A stretch of DNA of 64,000 nt from Dehalococcoidia bacterium (GCA_963662615.2 CAXXSR010000001.1:128001-192000); one strand, 5' to 3'. Shown: positions 20,488 to 29,968, counted from the first letter of the stretch. Program-made: numbers and translations. Notes: generated by a model not told the origin, from the letters alone.

Positions 20488-21684
20488 CTAGAGGACGCTG
20501 CCAATGGTCATCGGTGGGAACACACGATTCTCCGTGTAGGGGTGCGCCTCGACGACCGCCTCATCGAGCTCGTAGCCGATGCCCGGATCGGTGGACGGGA
20601 TGATGTATCCGTTCTCCCACTGGATCGGCTTCTTCAGCACGTCGGCGTAGAAGCCGAGGAAGTTCTCGATGCTCTCCTGGATCAGGAAGTTGGGGCTGCA
20701 CGTCGCGAACTGGATGTTCGCCGCGGCCTCGATCGGCCCGGCGTACAGGTGCGGGGCCATCTGGGCGTAATGCGCCTCAGCCATCCCCGCGATCTTCTTC
20801 GCCTCGAGGATCCCACCGACCCGTCCGAGGGCCGGCTGGAGGATCGCTGCGCCCTGCTTGCTCAGCAGATCCTGGAATTCGTACTTGGTGACCAGGCGCT
20901 CCCCGGTGGCGACGGGGATCGTGGTCATCCGTGCGACCCGGGCCATCTCGTCGCGATTCTCCGGCGGTACGGGCTCCTCGAACCACAGCGGGTCGTACTT
21001 TTCGAGCCGCTTGGCAAGCCGGATCGCGCTTGATGTCGTCATCTGGCCGTGGGTTTTGATCAGCAGGTCGCAGCGGTCGCCAACGGCCTCGCGGACGTTC
21101 TTCGTGACGAGTTCCGCGTTGCTGAGTTGCTCCAGGGAGAGCTGGCGGGGGTCGCCCATTGGCATGACCGGGTCGTACCCGACCGCTGTGAAGCCCATGT
21201 TCGCGTAGTACGCCGCCCGCATGGGCGCGATCTCCGGGTCACCGTGGATGTCGCCGTAGGCAACCTGGTCCGGGTCGGAGGGAGCAGCGTTCAGGTAGGT
21301 GTACGAGCGCAGCTTCTCGTTCACCATGCCGCCCAGCAGGTTGTAGACCGGTTGATCGAGCGCCTTGCCGACAATGTCCCAGCAAGCGATCTCGAGGCCG
21401 CTCAGGACGCCGCCGATGGTGAATTCCGGGTGCTGGTTGAATCCGCTCCCGTAGATCGTGCGCCACATCGTTTCAATCTGGAACGGGCTCTGCCCGATCA
21501 CGTGCCGCTCGGCGATGTCTTCGATCAGCCGGCAGGTCTGCGTGGGCGAGAAGGGCACGCCGTATGTCTCGCCGTAGCCCGAGATGCCGTCGTCGGTGGT
21601 GAGCTTCAAGAAGACCCAGAAGGGACCCCCGAAGTGCGGCGGGGGGTTCGCCACGGCCCACGTCTTCACGTCCTTGATCTGCAT
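20488..21684 (-). CDS. Mandelate racemase/muconate lactonizing enzyme family (enolase superfamily, DgoD-like)
   Basis: EIACWDIVGKALDQPVYNLLGG, WFEEP, PVATGE, APH; GAGGAGG RBS. Confidence 0.9.
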   Translation of the reverse strand: MQIKDVKTWAVANPPPHFGGPFWVFLKLTTDDGISGYGETYGVPFSPTQTCRLIEDIAERHVIGQSPFQIETMWRTIYGSGFNQHPEFTIGGVLSGLEIACWDIVGKALDQPVYNLLGGMVNEKLRSYTYLNAAPSDPDQVAYGDIHGDPEIAPMRAAYYANMGFTAVGYDPVMPMGDPRQLSLEQLSNAELVTKNVREAVGDRCDLLIKTHGQMTTSSAIRLAKRLEKYDPLWFEEPVPPENRDEMARVARMTTIPVATGERLVTKYEFQDLLSKQGAAILQPALGRVGGILEAKKIAGMAEAHYAQMAPHLYAGPIEAAANIQFATCSPNFLIQESIENFLGFYADVLKKPIQWENGYIIPSTDPGIGYELDEAVVEAHPYTENRVFPPMTIGSVL

Positions 21685-21843
21685 GGACACCTCCTCGGCC
21701 TAGGCTGCTCGGAATTCCCACTCATCGACGCCGCACAGGATGGAGCCCTTGCAGGCTGGACGCAAGCACGAATGTCCGCCCCACTCCGTCACGAAATCGG
21801 AGAATCGGGATCCCGTCGGGCATGGTTGGATCGCTTTCTCTCC

Positions 21844-21917
21844 AAAGGCGAACTCTATCTCGCTCCGCACTGTTCTGCCCCGCGTCGAGAACAGTCCTGT
21901 CCGAAATAGGGTTCGCC
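21844..21917. repeat. Palindrome family, expanded (split) variant A
   Basis: GGCGAACTCTATCTCG-[about 28 nt insert]-ACAGTCCTGTCCGAAATAGGGTTCGCC. Confidence 0.75.
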
Positions 21918-21985
21918 GCTGGCAAGGGATTCACGTCCCTGCCATGGCCGCCGCCTCGGCGACTTCGAGCCACTCCCGTCGCCGC

Positions 21986-22054
21986 GCCCGCCCGCACGAG
22001 GTTGGTGCATAGCGGGCGACCCACTTGGCCATCGCCTACGAAGCCGATCTTCAT
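21986..22054 (-). pseudogene. N-terminal fragment of a 3-hydroxyisobutyrate/6-PGDH-type NAD(P) dehydrogenase
   Basis: GGAGG RBS, MKIGFVGDGQVGRPLCTNLVRAG, after which similarity stops. Confidence 0.6.
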
Positions 22055-22106
22055 GGCGACCACCTCCCCGCGACCTGCGCCGCGAGAGCTAGACTGCGGC
22101 GTGGTG

Positions 22107-22209
22107 CGCCAAGGCGGCCGCAGCGCACGCCGCGTTTAGCCCCGCCGCCCGCTTACTCGCAACCGAGGCCAGCGCGGCCGGCTAAGCGCCGGCTTCCCAA
22201 GCAGAGGGT
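22107..22209 (+). mobile_element. Second integrase 3' tail followed by a tRNA-Gly(CCC)-like fragment (att-like junction)
   Basis: AKAAAAHAAFSPAARLLATEASAAG-stop(22183-22185); 32/34 nt identical to 20174-20207; GGCTTCCCAAGCAGAGGG at 22191-22208. Confidence 0.7.
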
Positions 22210-22317
22210 TTGCCGCCGCTGTCCGCGGCGCCCGAAACCCGACCCTTGCGGAAGCCGAGGCGGTGGACATGGCGTTGCCCGTCTGCTTGGCTACGCGAGA
22301 CAAGGGGCGCGCGAACG

Positions 22318-23901
22318 ATGCCCATCGAGACGCAGCGGACCTTCTGGAGGACGATGCCCGGCATCCTGGCTGGCGTCGCAGCGCTGATCACTGCGGTTGC
22401 AGCGCTGCTTGGGGCGTTAGCTGGATTTGGCGCGTTCTCGGGGGATGGCGGACCAGCACCCACCGCCGCTCAGAGCGAGGCCACGCCAACGCTGGATCCT
22501 AGCGCGGAGGACGCTACAGACGAGGTCCCAGGGGGACAGGCGGTCGCCGAATCGCCAGCCGGAGCGCAACAGGAATCGGCGGAGCCGCCCGCTCCCGCTC
22601 CCGCTCCGGCAACCGAGCCGACCCAGAGCGTCGAAGAGGCGGTCCGTCTAGACAAAGAGGCTGATGCAGCGGCGCTCGAAGCAGAGTCCGGGACCGCCGC
22701 CGCCGAGCCAACCCAGAGTGCCGAAGAGGCGGTCCGTCTAGGCAAAGAGGCTGATGCAGCGGCGGTCGAAGCAGAGTCCGAGAGCGCCGCCGCCAGGGCT
22801 GCAGCACGGGATGCCACGGAGTACGCGACGAGAGCCGAAACCGCCGCGCTTGACGCCCCACAAGCCGCCGCCCCTGAGACGGCGGCCTACGCAGTCGCCC
22901 GGTGGGCCGTACAGACGAGAGAGCACGCCGAAGAAGCGCGCACCCACGCGACGAGTGCGCGGGAATTGGCGCTGAAATCGGAAGGACTGGCGAGCGACGC
23001 ACAATCAAAGCTCAACACCATCGATTCCGACACGGCGAACGCTGCAACCCGTGAATCGGCTGACCGAGCTTCCCGGCTTTCATCCGCAGCTCTGGAGCGC
23101 GCCGCAGAGGCGAAAGGCGCGGCATCCGCTGCATCCAAAGACGCAGCAGACGCCGAACGGCGGGCCGAACGGGCCGTCAGGGTAGCAAACCGCGCAACGA
23201 CCGAATGTCGGGACGCGGAATGTCTGTTTGATCGCGGCCAACTGCGGGAGGCGCGGGGGGATCACCTCGGGGCACTTGAACACTACCTCGCTGTGGAAGC
23301 CTGCGAAGGTGTCGTGGATGAGGCACGCACGCAATGTCTTGGTCCGGACAGCGCCGACGAGAATCGAGAGACCGTGACCGACGCGGAAATGCGGCTTGTC
23401 GCCCTGATACGGACCGCGAAGTTCAGGTCGGCGGTCATCCTCTCGCGGATCCCGGAGGTGTCGTATCTCCTCGGCCCGATTGAGGCGATGCGGCGGCTAC
23501 TCGAACGCGTCCCCAAGCTTCCCTGGAAAGACCAACCACCCGACATGGCGGAAGCCGAAGAAGCCCTCCTAGCTCTCTTCGACTACGTCTGGAACAAAGA
23601 GGGAAACGGCCTCTCCGCAGTAAACACACAGCTCGTGAACGAAGAGATCGTATTGGCGCCGGAGGACCGGAACGCAATCATGCGGCTCGATCCGGGTGAG
23701 CTCCTGATTCTTCTGAGGCGATCGGAGTCCCACGATCAATGGGTAGAGGCTATGGTACGCGACGAGATCTCCGGCGTATCGTTTGTTCGAGCTGGGTGGG
23801 TAAACCTGCGCTTACAAGACCCCAGCGCCCTGCCGCTCTTCGGATCGCAGGAAATCAACGAAACCATCCTCGCGACAGTACCGTATACACCGACGCCCTG
23901 A
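22318..23901 (+). CDS. Hypothetical single-TM, Ala/Glu-rich coiled-coil protein
   Basis: N-terminal FWRTMPGILAGVAALITAV helix; 30-aa tandem duplication; globular C-terminus. Confidence 0.7.
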   Translation: MPIETQRTFWRTMPGILAGVAALITAVAALLGALAGFGAFSGDGGPAPTAAQSEATPTLDPSAEDATDEVPGGQAVAESPAGAQQESAEPPAPAPAPATEPTQSVEEAVRLDKEADAAALEAESGTAAAEPTQSAEEAVRLGKEADAAAVEAESESAAARAAARDATEYATRAETAALDAPQAAAPETAAYAVARWAVQTREHAEEARTHATSARELALKSEGLASDAQSKLNTIDSDTANAATRESADRASRLSSAALERAAEAKGAASAASKDAADAERRAERAVRVANRATTECRDAECLFDRGQLREARGDHLGALEHYLAVEACEGVVDEARTQCLGPDSADENRETVTDAEMRLVALIRTAKFRSAVILSRIPEVSYLLGPIEAMRRLLERVPKLPWKDQPPDMAEAEEALLALFDYVWNKEGNGLSAVNTQLVNEEIVLAPEDRNAIMRLDPGELLILLRRSESHDQWVEAMVRDEISGVSFVRAGWVNLRLQDPSALPLFGSQEINETILATVPYTPTP

Positions 23902-24189
23902 TCGGTGAGGCGCCACGACGAAAACGGAGGCGAGCGTTTTCTGTTTGCGCTGCGGGACGGCTGGCAACGAAGTGAGCGAGCGGTCGGGTCGGCCTTTGAA
24001 GAAACGTGCTGATGCCCGTCCGACGGCTCCTCCGTGCCGCCAGCGCGACCACGCCCGTGGAAGTCTTGGCCAGTGTTCGCAGAAATATTGAGGCCCCACA
24101 GCCGAAAGGCGTGTTCGGCTGCGCCAGACTCCGATGCGACTCCAAAGTGTGCCAAATAGTGGCGCCTCCGAACTCCATCCCAGTACAGC

Positions 24190-24229
24190 CGAATTGGATC
24201 TCGGAGAGGTCTGTACGAAATTCAATCCG
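24190..24229. repeat. Palindrome family, diverged copy inside a nested structure
   Basis: CGAATTGGATCTCGGAGAG-GT-CTGTACGAAATTCAATCCG. Confidence 0.65.
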
Positions 24230-24265
24230 ACATAGCGACGACTTGTGTTCGCGGCGAGGACTCGG

Positions 24266-24928
24266 TCAGGCGCTCTCGCGCGCGGCCAGGCCGCTGGCGC
24301 AGGCGATGTCCGTGCCGCCCAGTCCGCAGTAGCCGTCCGGATTCTTGGCCAGGTACTGCTGGTGATATGGCTCCGCGTAATAGAACGTCGATGCCGGTAG
24401 GATCTCCGTCGTGATGACTCCGTGCCCGGCGTCGCGCAGCGCCGCTTGGTAGGCATCGCGGGACGCCTCGGCAGCCCGGCGCTGCGCGTCCGACCCGTAG
24501 TAGATCCCCGAGCGGTACGGTGTCCCCACGTCGTTGCCCTGTCGCATCCCCTGGGTTGGGTCGTGGCTCTCCCAGAAGGTCTTCAGTAGCAGCTCGTACG
24601 TGATCAGCGTCGGGTTGAACACGACGAGGACGGTCTCGTTGTGGCCGGTGCGACCTGAGCAGACTTCCTCATAGGTGGGGTTCGGCGTGAGCCCTGCGGC
24701 GTACCCGACTGCAGTCGAGAAGACGCCGACCGCCTCCCAGAAGCACTGCTCTGCACCCCAAAAACAGCCGAGGCCGAAGATGGCCGTCTCCATGCCTGCC
24801 GGGAACGGCGGCTCCAAGGGGGCGCCGTTGACGAAATGTTCTGGGGGGACGGGCATCCGCTGTTCACGGCCGGGCAACGCATCCGCCGTGGTGGGTATCT
24901 CGGTTCTCGCGCGGCCGAACAAGGCCAT
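24266..24928 (-). CDS. msrA: Peptide-methionine (S)-S-oxide reductase
   Basis: [47 protein letters not shown]. Confidence 0.95.
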   Translation of the reverse strand: MALFGRARTEIPTTADALPGREQRMPVPPEHFVNGAPLEPPFPAGMETAIFGLGCFWGAEQCFWEAVGVFSTAVGYAAGLTPNPTYEEVCSGRTGHNETVLVVFNPTLITYELLLKTFWESHDPTQGMRQGNDVGTPYRSGIYYGSDAQRRAAEASRDAYQAALRDAGHGVITTEILPASTFYYAEPYHQQYLAKNPDGYCGLGGTDIACASGLAARESA

Positions 24929-25015
24929 GGGCATCCCCGCTTCCCTGGGATTCATCCGCCCGCGCCGACAGTGTACCGCGCCCGCCGCAGGGCATGGCCA
25001 CTGCCGGACCGAGCC

Positions 25016-25066
25016 GCGGCTTCCCACGCAGAAGGTCACGGGTTCCAGCCCGACACGAGCGCCCGC
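25016..25066 (+). pseudogene. Degenerate tRNA-Gly(CCC)-like 3' fragment
   Basis: GCGGCTTCCCACGCAGAAGGTCACGGGTTCCAGCCCG: anticodon loop, AGGTC variable loop, GGTTC T-arm. Confidence 0.55.
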
Positions 25067-25294
25067 AGAATCTCCGACAGGCGCCGCAGAGCGACCGAGA
25101 TGTGCCCTTCCTCCGAGATGAATTGGGCTTCGCAGTGGGGAATGGCCGCGGCCACAGCGCGCCCAATCCGAATCGGGACGTGTACGTTGCGGCCGCCGTG
25201 CCAGAGCAGCACGGGGTCGGCCGCTGCCGTCCGACATCGAGCCCGGTACGCGCCGCCGGCTGCCGGCGGCGATCAGCAGATGCACGTCGCTCTG

Positions 25295-25363
25295 CAAAGG
25301 CGAACTCTCTCGCGGTCAGCAATGTTCTGCACCGCATCAAGAAAACGACTGTCCGAGATATTC
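25295..25363. repeat. Palindrome family, expanded (split) variant B
   Basis: CAAAGGCGAACTCTCTCGCGGTCAGCAATGTTCTGCACCGCATCAAGAAAACGACTGTCCGAGATA, colinear with 21844-21908. Confidence 0.75.
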
Positions 25364-25460
25364 TACGGCATGGTTTTCAGGCGACCCGCTGAGCTACATC
25401 AGTGGGGTACACACCGCTCGCGTTGAAGACGACCGACGAGGGGCAAACCCTGCCGGGCAT

Positions 25461-25500
25461 CGGACCCTATGTCGGACGGTATTGTCCGACGTAGAGTTCG
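25461..25500. repeat. 38-40 bp palindrome family copy
   Basis: CGGACCCTATGTCGGACGG-TA-TTGTCCGACGTAGAGTTCG. Confidence 0.85.
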
Positions 25501-25582
25501 AGCCCTCACAAGGCGTCCCCATGGCCTCGCCCTGCGGTCTCGTCTTACCGGGAGCGGGCGTCTGGGCGGTTAGACTCCGCAC

Positions 25583-26836
25583 ATGCTCACGCGCCTGCCT
25601 GCCTTGCAGTCGCCCGACTACCGGCTGTTGTTCTACAACATCGTGCTGGCGGAGGCGGCGCGCTGGGCGCTGATGCTGGCGCGCGGCTGGCTCGTCTTCC
25701 AGCTCACGGATTCCACCGGCGCCGTGGGGATCGTGACGTTCGCCGGAATGGCGCCGTTCCTGTTCTTGGGACCGCTGGCGGGCGCGCTGGCAGACCGCTT
25801 CGACCGACGCCGTATGGCGATCGCCTCCGCGACGCTGGGCGTCACGTTCTCGGCCGCGCTGGGCGCGCTGGTCGTGATGGACGCCGTCGCCACGTGGCAG
25901 GTGGTGATCTTGGCCGTCCTGCAGGGCACGACGATGGCGACGGTGGGTCCCGCCCAAGAGGCGCTGCTGCCGAGCCTGGTGGCACGCACGCATCTCCTGA
26001 ACGCGGTGGCGCTCAACGGCGTCGGGCGTTACGGCTCACGCGCCGTGGGGCCCCTCGCCGGCGGTGCGGTGCTGGCGACGTTGGGCGTGGGCGCCGTCTT
26101 CTTCCTCTCGGCCGGCCTGCTCTTCCTGGCCGTCGTTCAGTTCTGGCGGATTGGCTGGCGTCCGGCCGCGGCGCCCGCATCGACGGGGACGCCGTTGCAC
26201 CGGCTCGGCGCCGAGGTAGCCGAGGGGATGCGCTACGCGTGGCAGGACCGCCGGGTGCGGCTGGTGCTCTCGCTCCTGGGCGCGCACTGTGGGCTGACGA
26301 TGGCGTTCGACTCCCTGTTGCCGCGGCTGGCGACCGACGTCGGCGGGGGCAGCACGACGTTCACGGCGATTCTTGTGGGGATTGGCGTGGGGGCGCTGGT
26401 GGGCACGCTGGCGCTGTCGCAGCTGCGGCAGGAGGCGGTGCGGGGATCCGTGCTCGCCGCGACCGGGCTGGGCAGCGGGCTGGCGATGATCGTCCTGGGG
26501 CTCGCACAGACGCCGGCCATGGCCGTGACCGGCGCGGCGCTCGCCGGCGGGACGCAAGCGACCTACATGGCGCTCTCAGCGACGTTAGTGCAGACGATCA
26601 TTCCGGACCATCTTCGGGGCCGGGTGATGTCGCTTTATTTGATGCTGGCCGCCGGTCACATGGCGTTCATGAACCTGGGCTTTGGCTTGTTCGCGGACGA
26701 GGTGGGCGTCCGCGTGCTCTTGGTGGGCCCGGGCGTGATCTGGGTGGGCGTCTTCCTGCTGGCCACCCTGACGCTGACGGACCTGCGCCACCTGCTGCGG
26801 CGCGGCGATTTCGTCTCGACCGAGGGCGTTGCTTAG
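25583..26836 (+). CDS. MFS transporter (MFS_3/EntS-like), probably leaderless
   Basis: GWLVFQLTDS, GALADRFDRRR, PDHLRGRVMSLY; TAGACT -10 is 6 nt before the ATG. Confidence 0.88.
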   Translation: MLTRLPALQSPDYRLLFYNIVLAEAARWALMLARGWLVFQLTDSTGAVGIVTFAGMAPFLFLGPLAGALADRFDRRRMAIASATLGVTFSAALGALVVMDAVATWQVVILAVLQGTTMATVGPAQEALLPSLVARTHLLNAVALNGVGRYGSRAVGPLAGGAVLATLGVGAVFFLSAGLLFLAVVQFWRIGWRPAAAPASTGTPLHRLGAEVAEGMRYAWQDRRVRLVLSLLGAHCGLTMAFDSLLPRLATDVGGGSTTFTAILVGIGVGALVGTLALSQLRQEAVRGSVLAATGLGSGLAMIVLGLAQTPAMAVTGAALAGGTQATYMALSATLVQTIIPDHLRGRVMSLYLMLAAGHMAFMNLGFGLFADEVGVRVLLVGPGVIWVGVFLLATLTLTDLRHLLRRGDFVSTEGVA

Positions 26837-26874
26837 GGCCTCCCCAGGCCCGCGTGAAGAGACGGGAGGACAGG

Positions 26875-28101
26875 ATGTCAGACACCGAACCGTCCCAGGC
26901 AGGTGCGCGGGCCCCAAGTGAGGCGCACTGGTCTGCCTTCCGCTCGCGCATCCCCGCCACCTCCCACTGCATCTACTTCAACTCCGGCTGGTCCGGCCCG
27001 CTCCCCAGTCCCGTTGTGGAAGCGATCGAGGGCCGGCTGCGTCGGGAGTGGCGCGAGGGACCGACCACGCAGGCCGTGCAAGACGAACTGCTGGCGCTGC
27101 GCGAGCGGGTGCGGGCGCAGTTCGCCGCACTCATCCAGGCCGAAGCCGAGTCCGTGGTATTGACGCAGAACACCACGGAAGGGATGAACATCGTCATCAG
27201 CGGGCTCGAGTGGCGGGCAGGCGACGTGGTCGTGACGACGACGATGGAACACAGCTCCGGCCTGGTTCCCGTCTACTACCTGGGAGCCCGGCACGGCGTT
27301 GAGGCGCGCTACGTCTCCCCAGATGTCGCCGAAGCGTCCGCCGACACACTGCAACGCTTTTACGAAGCGATCACGCCGGGTGTAAAGCTCGTCGTGATCA
27401 GCCACATCTCCTACTCCACGGGGCTGGTGTTGCCGCTGGCGGAGATCGTGCAGCGGGCGCACGAGGTGGGGGCACGGGTGCTGGTCGACGGGGCCCAGTC
27501 CATGGGGCAACTGCCGCTCGACCTCTCAAGCTGGGAAGTCGATTACTACGCGGTCCCCGCGCACAAGTGGCTGCTGGGGCCGGATGGGGTTGGTGCGCTC
27601 TATGTGCGGCGGGACTTGATCTCAAGCCTGGAGCCGCGCGCGGTGGCCGGGAAGGCGGCGCGCTCATTCGCGTTCGATGGGAGCGGATTCGAGCCGCAGC
27701 AGGACGACATCGCGAAGTTCCAACTGACCACGTCGAGCGGTCCGCTGTTGGCCGGCGTGGAAGCCGCTCTGGCGTTCTATGCGGAGGCCGGCCCCGCCGC
27801 CGCGGGGGACCGAATCCGGTCGCTTGGTGCGGCGGCGGCGGACGCCCTTGAGGCCGTTGCCGGGGTGACGGTGGTCAGCCCACGGCGATCGGAGACGCGC
27901 AGCGGCCTGGTCTGTTTTCGTGTCGCTGACCGGGAATGCCGGAGTGTGGCGGAAGCCCTGCAGCGTGACCACGGCGTCGTCTGCCGCGCGGTCGCGGAGC
28001 AGAACACCGTGCGCTGGTCGATGCACTACTTCAGCACGGAGGAGGAAGTGCGGAGCGCCGTCGCAGCGCTTACGGCGTTGGTCGCGGCGAGTGAGTCGTA
28101 A
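26875..28101 (+). CDS. Class V PLP-dependent aminotransferase-fold enzyme (C-S lyase/cysteine desulfurase-like)
   Basis: YFNSG, TQNTTEG, EHSS, SHISYSTG, LVDGAQ, PAHKWLLGP; GGAGG RBS. Confidence 0.88.
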   Translation: MSDTEPSQAGARAPSEAHWSAFRSRIPATSHCIYFNSGWSGPLPSPVVEAIEGRLRREWREGPTTQAVQDELLALRERVRAQFAALIQAEAESVVLTQNTTEGMNIVISGLEWRAGDVVVTTTMEHSSGLVPVYYLGARHGVEARYVSPDVAEASADTLQRFYEAITPGVKLVVISHISYSTGLVLPLAEIVQRAHEVGARVLVDGAQSMGQLPLDLSSWEVDYYAVPAHKWLLGPDGVGALYVRRDLISSLEPRAVAGKAARSFAFDGSGFEPQQDDIAKFQLTTSSGPLLAGVEAALAFYAEAGPAAAGDRIRSLGAAAADALEAVAGVTVVSPRRSETRSGLVCFRVADRECRSVAEALQRDHGVVCRAVAEQNTVRWSMHYFSTEEEVRSAVAALTALVAASES

Positions 28102-28291
28102 CGGTCGCTGGAGCCGCGTCGAGCGCTTGGGCGCCGGTCGCCCCCTGCCCGCGCAGCAGGAACGTCTTACTGCCAGATCGTCCCGCCTTCCTCCGAGCGA
28201 ATCGTGACAGGAGCCGTCGGGCTGATTGTGGCCCGCAGCCAGGCGCCAATTGCGCCGTTTGGTCCGCGTCTCGGATATGATCAGCGCTCCC

Positions 28292-29491
28292 CTACGACAC
28301 CGCGTGCATGATCTCCGCGAAGCGCTCCAACTGCTGGTCCGACTTCTCCTTCGACATCAGCCCGATTTGCCACAGCAGCACCCAGTACTCGAAGTGGAAC
28401 CGATCCTGGACCTCCTGCACCTTCGCCTTCACCTCGTCCATCGTCCCGATCAGCAGGTACTGGGACTTGACCATCCGCTCCGCCAGCGTCTCCCCCGGCG
28501 ACGGCACGGGCCCCTCCTCCCCCGGCAGCCGGAAGGTCTCGTAGAAGCCGAAGTGCTTGAAGTACGTCCACACCGGCGCCACGTACTTTTCCACATACTC
28601 ATCGATATCCTCCCTCTCATCGACGATATACACCTCCCGCACGATCGCGATGTGCTCCCCCAGCGCGTAGTCCCGCCCGTGCTCCTTGCACACCCGCTGG
28701 AACGTCTCCGCCAACTCCTGCACCCGCTCCAGCGGCCCCTGCAGCACTGTCGGAATGATGTCCTGCTCCCCACACCACTCCATCGTCGCCGGACTCACCG
28801 AAAACGCCTGGAACAGCGGCGGATGCGGCTTCTGGTACGGGCTCGGCACCACCGACACCTTCTGCACGATCCCCTCGTCGTCCACCTCCCCCGGCACCCC
28901 CGCCTCCCGCGTCAGATCCGCCGCCGGCCAGTCCGTGTTGGGGTACGGCACCATGTACCCTTCCTGCTTCCACTCGATGGCGTCTTCCGTCCAGGCCTTG
29001 CGCATCAGGTTGAGGTGCTCTTCGAACACCCGCCGGTTCTTCAGGTCGATCTCCGACTGATCCGAATACGTCCCCTGCGCCCCGTACCTCTGCCCCAGCA
29101 CGTTCGTCCAGCGCCGCTGGTACCCCCGCGCCAGCCCCACGAAGAACCGCCCCTGCAGCATGTGGTCGATCATGGCCGTCTGCTCCGCCAGCCGGATCGG
29201 GTCCCGCGTTGGCAGCACGTAGCCCAGCTGCCCGAGCCGCAACTCTTTCGTGTGCAACCCCAGGTAGAGGTTCAGGATCCCCGGGTCCGGTGACACCTCC
29301 AGCCCTTCCGAGTGGAAGTGGTGCTCCGTGTGGCACATCCCCCAGTACCCCAGCCGGTCCGCCGTCTTCGCTGTGTGCACCAGGTACTCCAGCATCACCT
29401 GGTACTGCTCCGCGTCCCGCCCCACCGGCCGCTTCGCCGCCCGCGTCTCTGGGTCCGCCATGATCGGGTAGACCTGCAGAATCGTCTTCAT
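28292..29491 (-). CDS. LLM-class flavin-dependent oxidoreductase
   Basis: TEHHFHSEG, DPIRLAEQTAMIDHMLQGR, PSPYQKPHPPLFQ. Confidence 0.9.
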   Translation of the reverse strand: MKTILQVYPIMADPETRAAKRPVGRDAEQYQVMLEYLVHTAKTADRLGYWGMCHTEHHFHSEGLEVSPDPGILNLYLGLHTKELRLGQLGYVLPTRDPIRLAEQTAMIDHMLQGRFFVGLARGYQRRWTNVLGQRYGAQGTYSDQSEIDLKNRRVFEEHLNLMRKAWTEDAIEWKQEGYMVPYPNTDWPAADLTREAGVPGEVDDEGIVQKVSVVPSPYQKPHPPLFQAFSVSPATMEWCGEQDIIPTVLQGPLERVQELAETFQRVCKEHGRDYALGEHIAIVREVYIVDEREDIDEYVEKYVAPVWTYFKHFGFYETFRLPGEEGPVPSPGETLAERMVKSQYLLIGTMDEVKAKVQEVQDRFHFEYWVLLWQIGLMSKEKSDQQLERFAEIMHAVS

Positions 29492-29763
29492 CCTCGCACC
29501 CTCTTCCTACCTGCCCGTGCCGATCGGGCTCGCGCACAGGATCGCCCCCGCCCGCCGTCCCACGCAACCCCCACCCCGCGACCCCCGCTGCCGCCAACGC
29601 CGAGAGCCCGTCTGCTTCGTCGTCGTCCGAGAAACCGCCGCTCCCTGAGGGAGGGAGAGTTGCGGGAGCCTCGGGAATAGCTGGTTCGCCCGTCGGCGCC
29701 TCCAGCGTCGTATCAGCGCTGCGATCGCGTGCGCTTGCCGGATCGATTTCATGATGCCAAGTT

Positions 29764-29801
29764 CGACCCTTTGTCGGACAGATCCGTCCGACCTAGAATC
29801 C
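29764..29801. repeat. 38-bp palindrome family copy (first of a pair)
   Basis: CGACCCTTTGTCGGACAG-AT-CCGTCCGACCTAGAATCC. Confidence 0.8.
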
Positions 29802-29870
29802 TGCACAGCGCACCGTCGGGTAGGCGTGTGGGCTCTAGAGCCGGACGTTGCGCTTGCCGACTCCTGAATC

Positions 29871-29908
29871 GGACTCAATGTCGGACGGACGTGTTCGACA
29901 TCGAGTGC
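29871..29908. repeat. 38-bp palindrome family copy (second of a pair)
   Basis: GGACTCAATGTCGGACGG-AC-GTGTTCGACATCGAGTGC. Confidence 0.8.
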
Positions 29909-29968
29909 AAGTCGACGCGAGCCGGGGGGTCGGATCCGCGTTCGCGGAGCTTCCAGAAAGGTGCACGA

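Noticed and set aside
25894-26874. Apparent 735-aa fusion ORF
   Set aside because: The first 327 codons are an off-frame overlap with the MFS gene; the PLP enzyme starts at 26875 with its own RBS.
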